Shown here: one piece after another, positions 47,214 through 57,013 of the stretch
Layout: the number at the start of each line of letters is the position of its first letter
Position numbering within the stretch: position 1 is the first letter of the stretch
Source of the DNA: Candidatus Schekmanbacteria bacterium
GTDB taxonomy: Bacteria; Schekmanbacteria; GWA2-38-11; J061
Length of the DNA: 64,000 bases
Direction: 5' to 3'
NCBI GenBank assembly: GCA_016219965.1
Contig: JACRJM010000003.1
Span: 130,299-194,298 of the forward strand
Program-made: the position numbers and the translations under genes
The notes under the pieces: generated by a model
What the model was told of the DNA's origin: nothing
What the model saw: the letters and a program-made list of their open reading frames with translations, nothing else
Database searches by the model: none

Positions 47214-47432
47214 ATGCTCGGTAAAGAAGAGCTCAAGACAGTTATTTCAAAGCAGAAAACCATATTAAAAGAAAAGATGAAGGAAGAAGGGGACATAGAC
47301 CTCACAGAACTGAGAAAATGTAAAAAAGACCTCAAACGTTCCCAGAGAAAACTTCGCTCAATTCTTGCAGTAGAAGAAAGAGAAAAAATTAAAAAGGAAA
47401 AAAAGAAAAAAGAAGCAGAACAGACAGCTTAA
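47214..47432 (+). CDS. Small basic coiled-coil protein of unknown function
   Basis: SD GAGGGGG; 72 aa, K/E-rich helical pattern; has its own AT-rich upstream region. Confidence 0.7.
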   Translation: MLGKEELKTVISKQKTILKEKMKEEGDIDLTELRKCKKDLKRSQRKLRSILAVEEREKIKKEKKKKEAEQTA

Positions 47433-48013
47433 CTTCTCTCCATATCTGCTATAGCTGAATTAATAAGACTTTCAGCGCTTTCGCCGTCAGTTGGATAAGT
47501 AGCAACTCCTATCTTTATGTCTGGCCATTTTTTCTCTTCTGCAATCTTGAGGAGCCTGTCTTTGATAATATTTGCCGAATTGTCTGCAGTTATATGTGAA
47601 AGCACGACTTTGTATCTTCTGTAATCAACCTGCAAAAATTGATCTGATTTCCTTATCTCCTTTTCAACATGCTCAACATTCACAGTTCTGCCCGGGAGGA
47701 AATAATGTATTCCTCTTCCCACAGAGTCTTCAATATCCATTATCATTATGCCTGTCCTGTGACCGTGCCTTTTTGCACGTTCAATCTCAGAGACAAGCAA
47801 ATTCTTTGTCATAGTTTTTTGCGCTGAATAGAAAGTTTCCCTCTGTCTTATCATGAGGAGATAGAGAAGTATTCCAACTACGGCTATTGCGCCAATGGCC
47901 GGCAGTAAAATGATAGCAAATGGGGTATCATTCAAATCATTTTGGGTACAGCTGGATATAATTGCCGGTGTTAATAAGGATAAACCAAAGAAACATTTCG
48001 TTGCTGATTTCAT
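47429..48013 (-). CDS. Membrane-anchored degenerate GGDEF-domain protein
   Basis: Lipoprotein-like signal plus TM helix; EIERAKR.....IMIMDI, RKSD, IGVATYPTDG....LI.SA; GGDEF replaced by DYRRY. Confidence 0.75.
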   Translation of the reverse strand: MKSATKCFFGLSLLTPAIISSCTQNDLNDTPFAIILLPAIGAIAVVGILLYLLMIRQRETFYSAQKTMTKNLLVSEIERAKRHGHRTGIMIMDIEDSVGRGIHYFLPGRTVNVEHVEKEIRKSDQFLQVDYRRYKVVLSHITADNSANIIKDRLLKIAEEKKWPDIKIGVATYPTDGESAESLINSAIADMERS

Positions 48014-48028
48014 TGCTTTCCTCCTTTT

Positions 48029-49561
48029 TCAGGAAGCTTTAGCGGTTTTAACTTCTCTTTTCATTGACGCTATAGTTTCAACTATATGGTCCTGTGCAAG
48101 TTTTGCCGCGATTACATCCCTGCAATTGTTTATAATAATGGAAAACACAATCGGTTCTTTTTCATCTGTCATTACATATCCTGATAAAGCTGATGTTCCG
48201 TTTACATATCCTGTCTTTGCACGTATGTGTCTTTTAAGCGGCGATTTTTGAAGGCGTCTGTGTAATGTTCCATCAACTCCCATGATTGGCAAAGAGGCAA
48301 TAAACTCAGGTCCCTGCCCCAAATCTGTATAAAGGTCTTCAAGCACTTTTGTTATAAAATGTGCTGTGAGCCTGTTCTCCTTGGAAAGTCCTGAGCCATC
48401 CTTGATCTTAATTCCCTCACTGTATATCTTGTCCTTTTTAAACAGTTCGATCTCGGTACTGATACTTTTTTCAGCAGTTGCCGGCATTCCCAGGGCCTTG
48501 GCGCCGACTGCTACAAACAGGTGGTCGGCTATGAAATTATTGCTGTACTTGTTCATATCTACTATTATCTGCGACAGAGGTTTAGAGCCGTGCCTGTAAA
48601 CGAGAACAGACTTTTCAGGGATTGTGCCCTCTTTTACTTTCCCTGCAACCTTCACCCCGTCAGACAGAAGTAATTTTCTGAAGCTCTCTCCTGTAAAGAG
48701 ACAGGGGCTATTAACGCGGCTGTAGCCGGTCACAGGAAGTTTACCGTTGAATTTTCCGTTGAAGACTACTTTTTCACCTTTATCATTATTTTTATAGGTT
48801 GTTACCTGTGTAGTATTTTCCTCGGTCGGTTCTCCGGGTTTCACGTTGTTTGAAAGGGAAAGATATGATGAAAACGGATCAGCTGAAATGAAAGGTGAGC
48901 TTCCGTTCGGAGACTTGTTGTAAGGAGACACTGTATATCTGACTGAGTTAAAATTCAGAGGCAGAGCCGAGAGAACAGTCGAATCTGAGGTGCTGCCGAG
49001 TTTTTGCTCTGCTAATGATTTGGCAAGGTAACTGCCGTCTACAACTATATCGCCCTTTACCTCATTGATACCGAGAAGAGAAATCTCTTTTGCCATTATC
49101 CATATGTCTTCAGGATAAAGGACAGGATTCCCAAAGCCTTTGATATAAAGATCCCCGTCAATCTTTCCCCCTGAAGGGGTGGACTGCGAGTAAATATCGG
49201 TATTAAAAGTATATTCAGGGCCAAGTATATCAAGAGCAACAGCGCTTGTTATTATTTTCATGTTTGAAGCAGGAATAAGCAGCAGGTTTTCATTTGCGCT
49301 GTAAATGATTTCGCCTGTCTTTAAAGACTTGATGTAAATGCCATACATTGTATTGCTCAGCAATCCTGATGTGACAACCCGCTTTATCTCATTTTTTATC
49401 CCTTCAGGAGAATAGTCTTTTAATACTGCGGGTGCCGGCTTTGGCTTGGCCTTGGGTTTGGCTTTAAGCCTCTGTGCTGAAGAATCAAAGACGCAGGGAA
49501 GCAGAAGCATCTGAATAATAAAAACAACAATAGTTCTTTTAAATATTTTTTTTATATTCAT
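48029..49561 (-). CDS. dacB: D-Ala-D-Ala carboxypeptidase/endopeptidase (PBP4, peptidase S13)
   Basis: PASNMK (SxxK), SNN, DGSGLS, AKTG; signal peptide. Confidence 0.95.
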   Translation of the reverse strand: MNIKKIFKRTIVVFIIQMLLLPCVFDSSAQRLKAKPKAKPKPAPAVLKDYSPEGIKNEIKRVVTSGLLSNTMYGIYIKSLKTGEIIYSANENLLLIPASNMKIITSAVALDILGPEYTFNTDIYSQSTPSGGKIDGDLYIKGFGNPVLYPEDIWIMAKEISLLGINEVKGDIVVDGSYLAKSLAEQKLGSTSDSTVLSALPLNFNSVRYTVSPYNKSPNGSSPFISADPFSSYLSLSNNVKPGEPTEENTTQVTTYKNNDKGEKVVFNGKFNGKLPVTGYSRVNSPCLFTGESFRKLLLSDGVKVAGKVKEGTIPEKSVLVYRHGSKPLSQIIVDMNKYSNNFIADHLFVAVGAKALGMPATAEKSISTEIELFKKDKIYSEGIKIKDGSGLSKENRLTAHFITKVLEDLYTDLGQGPEFIASLPIMGVDGTLHRRLQKSPLKRHIRAKTGYVNGTSALSGYVMTDEKEPIVFSIIINNCRDVIAAKLAQDHIVETIASMKREVKTAKAS

Positions 49562-49606
49562 TTATTATTCCTGAAAAACTGTATGATGTTTGTTTTGGAC
49601 TGTCGG

Positions 49607-50071
49607 TTATTCATCTTCGCTTTCATCTGGTGCTGTTTCATTTTGAGGCTCTGTTTCACCGCTATCAGGCTCGGCAACCGGTGCTTCATCATTTGAGCCA
49701 GGTTCTGTCAAGGCCGGAGCATTTTCATCTTCTGTTGAACCAGGCTCCTCTGCATTATCCTCTCCCTGTTGATCTGTGCTTTCCCCGTTTTCTTCGCCTT
49801 GTACTTCCGTAGCAGTATCATCAGCATAGTTCTGCGCTATGAGCCTCTTTCCATTGCCTCCCGGCAGGAACACAGCTCCCAATATTAAGAGCAAAACTGC
49901 AAAGAGAGACATAGCCCAAAAAAGATACTTCCCGCGGGAATTGTCTTTTTTATTGCTATCCATTCCATTGAGCTTGAATATCCTGCCGCAGGACGGGCAA
50001 GCTCTGGCATCAGAATCTGCTTTCTCCCCGCAAAACGGACAGTTTTTTAATTCTTTTTTTTTGGATTTCAT
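49607..50071 (-). CDS. Zinc-ribbon protein with one TM helix and an acidic low-complexity tail
   Basis: CPFCG...CPSCG, TM helix, E/D/P-rich C-terminus with repeated EPGS. Confidence 0.75.
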   Translation of the reverse strand: MKSKKKELKNCPFCGEKADSDARACPSCGRIFKLNGMDSNKKDNSRGKYLFWAMSLFAVLLLILGAVFLPGGNGKRLIAQNYADDTATEVQGEENGESTDQQGEDNAEEPGSTEDENAPALTEPGSNDEAPVAEPDSGETEPQNETAPDESEDE

Positions 50072-50310
50072 TTTTCTGATTTCTTTTCCTTTATTTTTGT
50101 AGAGCGTTCATCAGTTCTTTTCAGTTCATCATCTATAAAACTTTTCATTGCCATAAGAAGTTCTTTTTTTGAATTGCAAAGATGTTTTGCAACGTCTTCA
50201 GGCATCTTTGAAAGCATGGAATCAACCACCATTTCCCCCATCTCACGCAGGCTTTTCCTGTTGTCTTTTTTCTTTTCTTCTTTATCACAGGTATCAGACA
50301 TTTTTTTCAC
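50068..50310 (-). CDS. Small helical hypothetical protein
   Basis: SD AAGGAGG; co-oriented and tightly packed after the UbiB gene. Confidence 0.65.
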   Translation of the reverse strand: MKKMSDTCDKEEKKKDNRKSLREMGEMVVDSMLSKMPEDVAKHLCNSKKELLMAMKSFIDDELKRTDERSTKIKEKKSEK

Positions 50311-50328
50311 CTCCTTTTCACTATAGTC

Positions 50329-51993
50329 TCATCTGAAAGGATAATCCCTTCCCATCTCCCTTTCAACTCTTTTTGCATGTCTTGACCTATAGTCAAAGAG
50401 CCTCCTTGCAGGAAGAAGGAAGGTAAGCGTCATCAGCAGAACGGAAAACCCAAGGAACAGGCATAGAACTATGAGATTCCCGTTCCTGATATATATCATT
50501 GAACCTACAACTGCATTTGTCAAAGAAGATATCCCCACAATCACTCTTCTCAGTATATAACCAAGATAACCTTCAATTCTCAAAATATCTACCGGATGAA
50601 GCCTTACCCGGAAAAGCTCTCTTTCCGCCCGCTTTAAAATAGTTTCAAGATTTTCTGTCATTTTATACGTATCTTTCATTTTTTGAAACAGAAAATCTAT
50701 AATGTCAGTTTTTGGTTCGCTCATCGCTTCCCTAAACATCTCTTTCACTATGGGGGTACCGTCCTTAATTCCGTTGAAGGAGGGATCGAATTTCATTCCT
50801 ATCCCTTCTATCATTACAGCAGACTTGAAGAGATATACGAGGTTGGACGGCAGATTGAGAGGGAACTGATAAAAGGTATTGAAGATCTCATTAGTGAGTT
50901 CCTTGATACGTTTTTTGTTTACCTTCTTTTTATCGAATATATCTGTCATCACTGAGATAGCATCCTTCATTACCGAGACATTTATTTCAGGGCCGATTAT
51001 GTTAAGCTTTATAAGCGCATCAACAAGCCCGTCATAGTCCCGTTTTGCCCCTGATATCGCGGCTTTTACGAGTTCCCTTTTGGTCTCATCATCGATTGGC
51101 ACCACCATTCCGAAATCAAGAAGTATTATTTTCCCCTCTTCGTTTACAAGGATATTGCCGGGATGCGGGTCTGCATGGAATATACCGTCCACAAGGACCT
51201 GATGAGAATAAAGCAGGATGAGTTTTTTAATGAGATCCTCTACGCTTATTCCCATTCCCTTAAGAGCTTCCACATCATCAACCTTTACCCCCTTGTAATA
51301 TCTGAGCACCAGCACTTTCCTGGAAGTAAGCGCGGTAAAGATTTCGGGGATTATGATATCAGGGTGTCCCTTGAAGTTTTCGCTGAAAATGGAGATGTTC
51401 TCAGCCTCTTTGCGAAAATCCATCTCTTCTCTTATTATCTTGGAAAATTCGCTGACTACGGTTGAAAGAATGTCAGCCTCATGGGAAGGATAGAAAAAAT
51501 TAAATGCATCTGTAAGCCTCATCATGATGTCTAAATCCATCTCGACAAGTTCTGGTACTCCGGGTTTCAGCACTTTCACTATCACCTCTTCCCCGCTATA
51601 AAGCGCCCTGTGAACCTGCCCGAGCGATGCTGCCGCTATCGCCTCTTTGTCAAAGCGTTCAAAAATATCATCTATCTTTTTTCCAAACTCATTTTCTATG
51701 GCCTCAATTATATATTTGCCGTCTATGGGAGGAACCTGGTCCTGCAGTTTGCTCAACTCCAGCAGATAATGAGGAGGAAGGATGTCCGCCCTGCTGCTTA
51801 GAATCTGTGTAAGCTTTATGAAAGTGGCACCGAGGGATGAGATGGTTTCACGAAGTTCTACAGCCCTTTTCTTGTGTACCTTGTCAGTTACATCCCTTGG
51901 CCTTCCAAACAGTATGAACCTTTTCCTGTCGCGCAGAAGGTCTGTGAGATGCGGGATTAACGCCAATATTACTTTTAGAGTTCGTGAAAACAT
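50329..51993 (-). CDS. ABC1/UbiB (AarF) family atypical kinase
   Basis: LGATFIKLTQ, LQDQVPP, AAASLGQVH, VKVLKP, FHADPHPGN, LLDFGMV; C-terminal TM helices. Confidence 0.93.
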   Translation of the reverse strand: MFSRTLKVILALIPHLTDLLRDRKRFILFGRPRDVTDKVHKKRAVELRETISSLGATFIKLTQILSSRADILPPHYLLELSKLQDQVPPIDGKYIIEAIENEFGKKIDDIFERFDKEAIAAASLGQVHRALYSGEEVIVKVLKPGVPELVEMDLDIMMRLTDAFNFFYPSHEADILSTVVSEFSKIIREEMDFRKEAENISIFSENFKGHPDIIIPEIFTALTSRKVLVLRYYKGVKVDDVEALKGMGISVEDLIKKLILLYSHQVLVDGIFHADPHPGNILVNEEGKIILLDFGMVVPIDDETKRELVKAAISGAKRDYDGLVDALIKLNIIGPEINVSVMKDAISVMTDIFDKKKVNKKRIKELTNEIFNTFYQFPLNLPSNLVYLFKSAVMIEGIGMKFDPSFNGIKDGTPIVKEMFREAMSEPKTDIIDFLFQKMKDTYKMTENLETILKRAERELFRVRLHPVDILRIEGYLGYILRRVIVGISSLTNAVVGSMIYIRNGNLIVLCLFLGFSVLLMTLTFLLPARRLFDYRSRHAKRVEREMGRDYPFR

Positions 51994-52015
51994 TTGTATT
52001 GTCCCTTTAAAAGCA

Positions 52016-52049
52016 CGTCATTGCGAGGAGCAACTGCAACGAAGAAATC
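52016..52049. repeat. Degenerate half-copy of a GTCATTGCGAG-type (RPE/REP-like) palindromic element
   Basis: CGTCATTGCGAGGAGC...ACGAAGAAATC resembles the widespread GTCATTGCGAGGAGC...GAAGCAATC element. Confidence 0.55.
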
Positions 52050-52127
52050 ATCAATATATTTAATGATAGCAATATAACCGCGGTGCTTTCAAGAAAAAAG
52101 GGATAGAAGAGAAACTCTGAAGAAATG

Positions 52128-52319
52128 TTAAACTGTGAGCACTGATATGACAATAGCAAGGAGTATGCTGACCCCTACCAGTCCTGAGAATATATATGCC
52201 CCGCTTTTTAAAGCTTCAGGCTTGTCTTCCTTTTCTCCATTAAATGAAAGTATCCCCCATATAACGGAGATACCCAAAACAAGAAACAGGAAGCTTAAAA
52301 TAAATCCAAAACTGTTCAA
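52128..52319 (-). CDS. Small two-TM membrane protein
   Basis: 63 aa, two hydrophobic helices; start overlaps the upstream stop. Confidence 0.6.
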   Translation of the reverse strand: MNSFGFILSFLFLVLGISVIWGILSFNGEKEDKPEALKSGAYIFSGLVGVSILLAIVISVLTV

Positions 52320-52735
52320 CTTTTTTTCCCTTTTACTATGTCGTAGTTATCAAAAATTATGAGTATATTCAAAATGCCTGCCACAAGGATATAAGTGCCG
52401 CCTATTTCATCAAACTCAGGCGGCGCCTGGAAACCTGAAAAAAGAAATACAGAGAGCCAGAACACGAGTCCATTGAAAGCCTCTATGAAAACAGAAAGTA
52501 TCTTTAACGCTCCGAAAAGCTCTGGATTGCTTAGTTCTCCGCGTGGCACAAAATAGGAGCCGAGGAGCATGAATCCGATCAGCGAAAATGTTGTGACTAT
52601 AATAAATGAAATTATTCCCCTGTACTTTTTCCCCAAATAAAGATAACCGCCTCCGGGAATAATAATCCCCGCAAGAAATGCCATCGCTAAATTATTTATG
52701 CCACTCTTTTGTTCCTGCATCTGTTTTGCCTTCAT
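52316..52735 (-). CDS. Membrane protein (DUF6677-like)
   Basis: IIPGGGYLYLG...G..Y.LVAGILNIL...D.YD; three TM helices. Confidence 0.65.
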   Translation of the reverse strand: MKAKQMQEQKSGINNLAMAFLAGIIIPGGGYLYLGKKYRGIISFIIVTTFSLIGFMLLGSYFVPRGELSNPELFGALKILSVFIEAFNGLVFWLSVFLFSGFQAPPEFDEIGGTYILVAGILNILIIFDNYDIVKGKKS

Positions 52736-52913
52736 GGTTTAAAATACTACGTATAAAAGTTATATTTATTTATCACCTATAACAATAATTAGCAAGTGAC
52801 ATCAAAAGAGGAATTTGTGGGGTTTGGTTAAGAAAAAACTGAACTGGAAGAGAAAAAGTGATAATGTAAAAATTGATAATAATTTTTTTCATTCAATATT
52901 AAAAACATAAAGG

Positions 52914-55037
52914 ATGAGCATGACAATCAACAAACTCAGGGAAGATATTATCAAGGAAATATCCCTTCATAAAAAAAAGTCTGTCCCCCTTTCCGAGCTT
53001 GCAGAAAGTGTTGGATTAAACCGGAAGGACCGCGATTTTAAAGAGCTGTGCAGGGAACTTGAACTCGAGGGGTTTCTTTATCTTGAAGGGGGAACAGCAG
53101 TAAAGCCTTCTGCATGGAACCTCGTGCTAGGGAAAATAAAGATTGGCAGGACGGGTGATGCCAGAGTTGCCCCTAAAGACGATCCATCAAACTCCATATA
53201 TATAGATTCCCGCGATACCGGTGATGCCTTAAACGGCGACATAGTCTTTGTTAAGATAGCTCAGTGGGGAAGAAACAGAAGGCCTGCCGGAAAAGTGGTA
53301 AAGGTTGTCAAAAAAGGTTTCCCCAGAATCGTTGGTGAAGTAGAAAAAAAATCAGGGCGGACTTATGTGATTCCGCTTCCTGACTACCGTATGCCTGATA
53401 TTCATTTATCACCGGTTGATGCAGAGAGTTTAAAAAGAGGAGAGCTTGTTGTAGTAGAGCCGCTCGGATTCAAACAAAAACAGGGGATAATCGAAGCTAA
53501 GCTTCTCAAAGTAATAGGCAAAAAAGGGGAGGATTTCATAGACACCCGCATTGTCGTGGAAAAATACGGACTTCCGGAAGAATTCACCCCTTCCGTCCTT
53601 GAAGAAGCAGACCGCCTCTTTGAGCCATCCGAGGGAAATATAGCCGGGAGAAAAGATTTCAGGAAACTTCGCACTGTCACGGTTGACGGCGAGAAGGCAC
53701 GCGATTTCGATGATGCTATTTCAATCGAAAGATTTAAAGAAGATGGATACCGCCTTTATGTCCATATTGCAGATGTTTCCCACTTTGTAAGGGAAGAGTC
53801 GGCAATTGACCGCGAAGCGCTGCGGCGCGGCACAAGCGTTTATTTTCCCGATTATTGGATCCCCATGCTCCCCATGAGGCTTTCAAGCGGGCTTTGCAGT
53901 TTAAACCCGCATGAAGACAGGCTTACATTGACAGTTGTAATGAATTTTGACCGCATCGGAAACATAGTGAAGTATGAGCTTTTTGAATCTGTCATAAACA
54001 GCAATGAGCGCATGACCTATACAGACCTTCACACACTCCTTGATGGGGATGACCAGTATCTTCAAAAACGTTACAAGGATAATATGGATGATTTCAAGCT
54101 CATGAAAGAGCTTTGCCTGATCCTCAAAGATAAGAGGAATAAAAGAGGAAGCCTTGACTTTGACTTGCCTGAACCTGAATTCGTCCTTGATGCTACGGGT
54201 GACATAGTTGATATAATGGCTGCTGAGCGGAACATTGCGCACAAATTGATCGAGGAGTTCATGATCGCCGCCAACGAAACCGTAGCTTCCCATTTAAATA
54301 AGAATCAGGTCCCTTCAATATACAGGATACACGAAACCCCGGACAGAGACCGTATAAAAGAATTCAATGAATTTTTAAAAGACCTTGATATTGGGATAAA
54401 AGGGGTCGGGAAGATAACTCCAAAGGCATTCCAGACTGTCCTTGATGCAGTGAAGGGGCTGGAGATGGAGCATCTTATCTCAACGGTTCTTCTCCGCTCT
54501 CTAAAACATGCCTCCTATTCCACATCCACTTTGGGACACTTCGGGCTTGCATCAAAATATTACACACATTTTACTTCGCCCATCAGGCGCTATCCTGACC
54601 TTATGGTTCACAGGATTTTGAAAAAATTTCTTAAAGGAGAAAGCGGCCAAACAGGGCGAAAAGCAGCCGGCAAGGCGCTTGACAATATTGCCCTCTCCTG
54701 CTCCGTGACAGAAAAGACTGCTGAGAATGCTGAAAGGGAAGTGCTTGACCTAAAGAAGCTTGAATATCTTAAGAGCCGGATAGGTGATGTGCTTGAAGGA
54801 GTAATAGCAGGTGTTGCTGATTTCGGATTTTTCGTTGAGATCAGCGGATATTATGTTGACGGACTTGTAAGGATGGCATCAATGAAAGATGACTACTATA
54901 TACTTGAGCCAGAAAAACACCGCATAAGAGGAAAACGCCGCGGCAAAATCTTCCGCATCGGCGACAAGGTTAAAGTCGTTCTCGATGATGTTCACCCCGA
55001 CCGCGGAGAGATGGATCTGAGGATGATAGTGGATTAA
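52914..55037 (+). CDS. rnr: Ribonuclease R
   Basis: Cold-shock domains, TVDGEKARDFDDA, VHIADVS, LIEEFMIAANE, HFTSPIRRYPDL, C-terminal S1. Confidence 0.95.
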   Translation: MSMTINKLREDIIKEISLHKKKSVPLSELAESVGLNRKDRDFKELCRELELEGFLYLEGGTAVKPSAWNLVLGKIKIGRTGDARVAPKDDPSNSIYIDSRDTGDALNGDIVFVKIAQWGRNRRPAGKVVKVVKKGFPRIVGEVEKKSGRTYVIPLPDYRMPDIHLSPVDAESLKRGELVVVEPLGFKQKQGIIEAKLLKVIGKKGEDFIDTRIVVEKYGLPEEFTPSVLEEADRLFEPSEGNIAGRKDFRKLRTVTVDGEKARDFDDAISIERFKEDGYRLYVHIADVSHFVREESAIDREALRRGTSVYFPDYWIPMLPMRLSSGLCSLNPHEDRLTLTVVMNFDRIGNIVKYELFESVINSNERMTYTDLHTLLDGDDQYLQKRYKDNMDDFKLMKELCLILKDKRNKRGSLDFDLPEPEFVLDATGDIVDIMAAERNIAHKLIEEFMIAANETVASHLNKNQVPSIYRIHETPDRDRIKEFNEFLKDLDIGIKGVGKITPKAFQTVLDAVKGLEMEHLISTVLLRSLKHASYSTSTLGHFGLASKYYTHFTSPIRRYPDLMVHRILKKFLKGESGQTGRKAAGKALDNIALSCSVTEKTAENAEREVLDLKKLEYLKSRIGDVLEGVIAGVADFGFFVEISGYYVDGLVRMASMKDDYYILEPEKHRIRGKRRGKIFRIGDKVKVVLDDVHPDRGEMDLRMIVD

Positions 55038-55052
55038 ATTTTATTGAAATGC

Positions 55053-55124
55053 TGTCATTCCGCACTTGATGCGGAATCCAGTTTTGTTCATTATTTCTGG
55101 ATCCCCGCTTTCGCGAGGATGACA
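55053..55124. repeat. RPE/dRS3-like composite palindromic element
   Basis: TGTCATTCCGCACTTGATGCGGAATCCAG-spacer-CTGGATCCCCGCTTTCGCGAGGATGACA: terminal inverted repeats plus two internal hairpins. Confidence 0.85.
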
Positions 55125-55177
55125 AAAAAATGATAACAAAAATTAATGGGCGTTGTCGCTATTTTCCCCACCTTGAA

Positions 55178-55206
55178 TTGACACATCTTCCATGCTTTGG
55201 TAGAGT
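55178..55206 (+). promoter_or_regulatory. sigma70 promoter of the DUF2889-dprA-ntrY-ntrX/lpxC-pur operon
   Basis: TTGACA-17 bp-TAGAGT with extended -10 TG. Confidence 0.7.
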
Positions 55207-55233
55207 TAGCTCAAGCTAACGGAAGGAAACTAC

Positions 55234-55881
55234 ATGTCCATATTTATACGAAACATTCTTATAGACCTCGATGAAGCACAGGAAAACGTCATGCGCGTTT
55301 CAGCCCACATGAAAGACGTTGTCCATGATATCAGGGTGAGCCTTTTCGTGTCGCTTCCTGATTACACCATAATAGATGTTTCCCTTGAAATGAGGGAAAC
55401 CCCTGAGAAGGCATGCCAGAAGCTTAACGATGTGATAGGGAGTATAAAGGGGATTAAGATCGAAGCAGGGTTTAATACAAAGATCAAAAGGCTTCTCTCA
55501 GGGAAAACAGGGTGTACTAACGTGCTAAGCCTTCTTACAGTTGCCGCTCCTCTTGTCATAAATATATCATGGTTTCTCTACCGCAAAAAAAACAAGATGA
55601 GCGACGAGGAATACCAGAAGATGAAGCGGGCTGACATGATAGACAAATGCATAGCCTTCAGCGAGACGTCAGATGCCGAGGCTGCAAGAACATCGCTTTC
55701 TTCCGGTGAAGAGGCTATTGTGCGTGACTGCGCAAGGTGCTCTTCAGTGACAAAAGGGGACAACATAAAAAAAAGGCTTACCAATAACATTATGTCCCTT
55801 TCAAAGCTCTTTGATATTCCTGAAGCAACCGTTGAAGAACTTATAAAAGATGTGGAGCTTCTGGAGAAAAAAAACGCCTAA
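55234..55881 (+). CDS. DUF2889-like protein with C-terminal CxxC extension
   Basis: RNI...M.D.VHDI.V, P...C, G..GCTN...L, C.AF; extra CARC. Confidence 0.65.
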   Translation: MSIFIRNILIDLDEAQENVMRVSAHMKDVVHDIRVSLFVSLPDYTIIDVSLEMRETPEKACQKLNDVIGSIKGIKIEAGFNTKIKRLLSGKTGCTNVLSLLTVAAPLVINISWFLYRKKNKMSDEEYQKMKRADMIDKCIAFSETSDAEAARTSLSSGEEAIVRDCARCSSVTKGDNIKKRLTNNIMSLSKLFDIPEATVEELIKDVELLEKKNA

Positions 55882-55899
55882 CCTTTTAAGCTGTGTTCT

Positions 55900-57006
55900 A
55901 TGAGCCGTGAAAACTGGATAGCACTTAATCTTATTGCCGGTATCGAAGGGCGTGTTTTCACCTCGCTGATTTCGCATTTTGGTTCTCCTTCGAATGTACT
56001 TGCCGCTTCAAAAGATGAACTCCTTAAGGTAAATGGAATAAGCAGGAAAGAAGCTGATGCAGTAGTTTCCATGAAAGGAGGAGAAAGGCTCGATGCAGAG
56101 CTTGCGGCTATTAACAAAAACAATATAAAGGTAACAACGCTTGAAGATGAGGATTATCCTGCACTTTTAAAGGAAATAGATACGCCTCCTCCGGTCATTT
56201 ATGTAAAAGGCAGCCTGCCATCTCAATTTCTCGGGATTGCCGTAGTGGGAACAAGAAAACCGTCAAGCTACGGTCTTCTAATGGCAGAGAGGCTGGTATC
56301 TGAAATTGCAGGGGCAGGGATAGTAACAGTGAGCGGTATGGCGCGAGGTATTGATACGGCAGCGCACAAGTCTGCCCTTTCCAAAGGAGGATTCACCGTA
56401 GCAGTGCTCGGTTGCGGCGTTGACAGGGTTTACCCGCCGGAGAATAAAAAACTTTATGATGAGATCGCAGATAAGGGAGCAGTTATTTCCGAATTCCCGA
56501 TGGGAACCTTTCCCCATAAAGCCAATTTCCCGAGACGTAACCGCATAATAAGCGGCATGAGCAAGGCTGCCCTTATTATAGAAGCCGGAGAAAAGAGCGG
56601 CACCCTTATCACTGCCCGCTTTGCCCTTGAGCAGGGACGCGATGTTTTAGCTGTACCGGGAAGAGTGACATCTTCAGAGAGCAGGGGAACAAACGACCTC
56701 ATAAGAAAAGGCGCAAGACTTGTTGAGACTTTCAGTGATATCTGTGAAGAGCTTGATCTCAAAATCAAGACAGACAAAAAAAATTCAACGAAAAATACAG
56801 AGAAAAACAATCTGACAACTGTTCCGCAAAACCTCAGCGATGAAGAAAGAAGACTGCTCGGTGTTTTAAGCGATGAACCGCTTCATATAGATAAGATTGT
56901 CCGTAATTCAGGTTTGCCAGCCGGGAAAGCATCATCTATACTTATGAAGCTTGAAATAGAAGGGCTTATCCGGCAAACAGCCGGGAAACTTTTTTTAAGA
57001 TTGTGA
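55900..57006 (+). CDS. dprA: DNA-processing protein DprA
   Basis: YPALLKEI, VVGTR, SGMARGID, FPRRNRIISG, EAGEKSGTLITA, GRDVLAVPG; C-terminal winged helix. Confidence 0.95.
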   Translation: MSRENWIALNLIAGIEGRVFTSLISHFGSPSNVLAASKDELLKVNGISRKEADAVVSMKGGERLDAELAAINKNNIKVTTLEDEDYPALLKEIDTPPPVIYVKGSLPSQFLGIAVVGTRKPSSYGLLMAERLVSEIAGAGIVTVSGMARGIDTAAHKSALSKGGFTVAVLGCGVDRVYPPENKKLYDEIADKGAVISEFPMGTFPHKANFPRRNRIISGMSKAALIIEAGEKSGTLITARFALEQGRDVLAVPGRVTSSESRGTNDLIRKGARLVETFSDICEELDLKIKTDKKNSTKNTEKNNLTTVPQNLSDEERRLLGVLSDEPLHIDKIVRNSGLPAGKASSILMKLEIEGLIRQTAGKLFLRL

Positions 57007-57013
57007 GGTCGGA

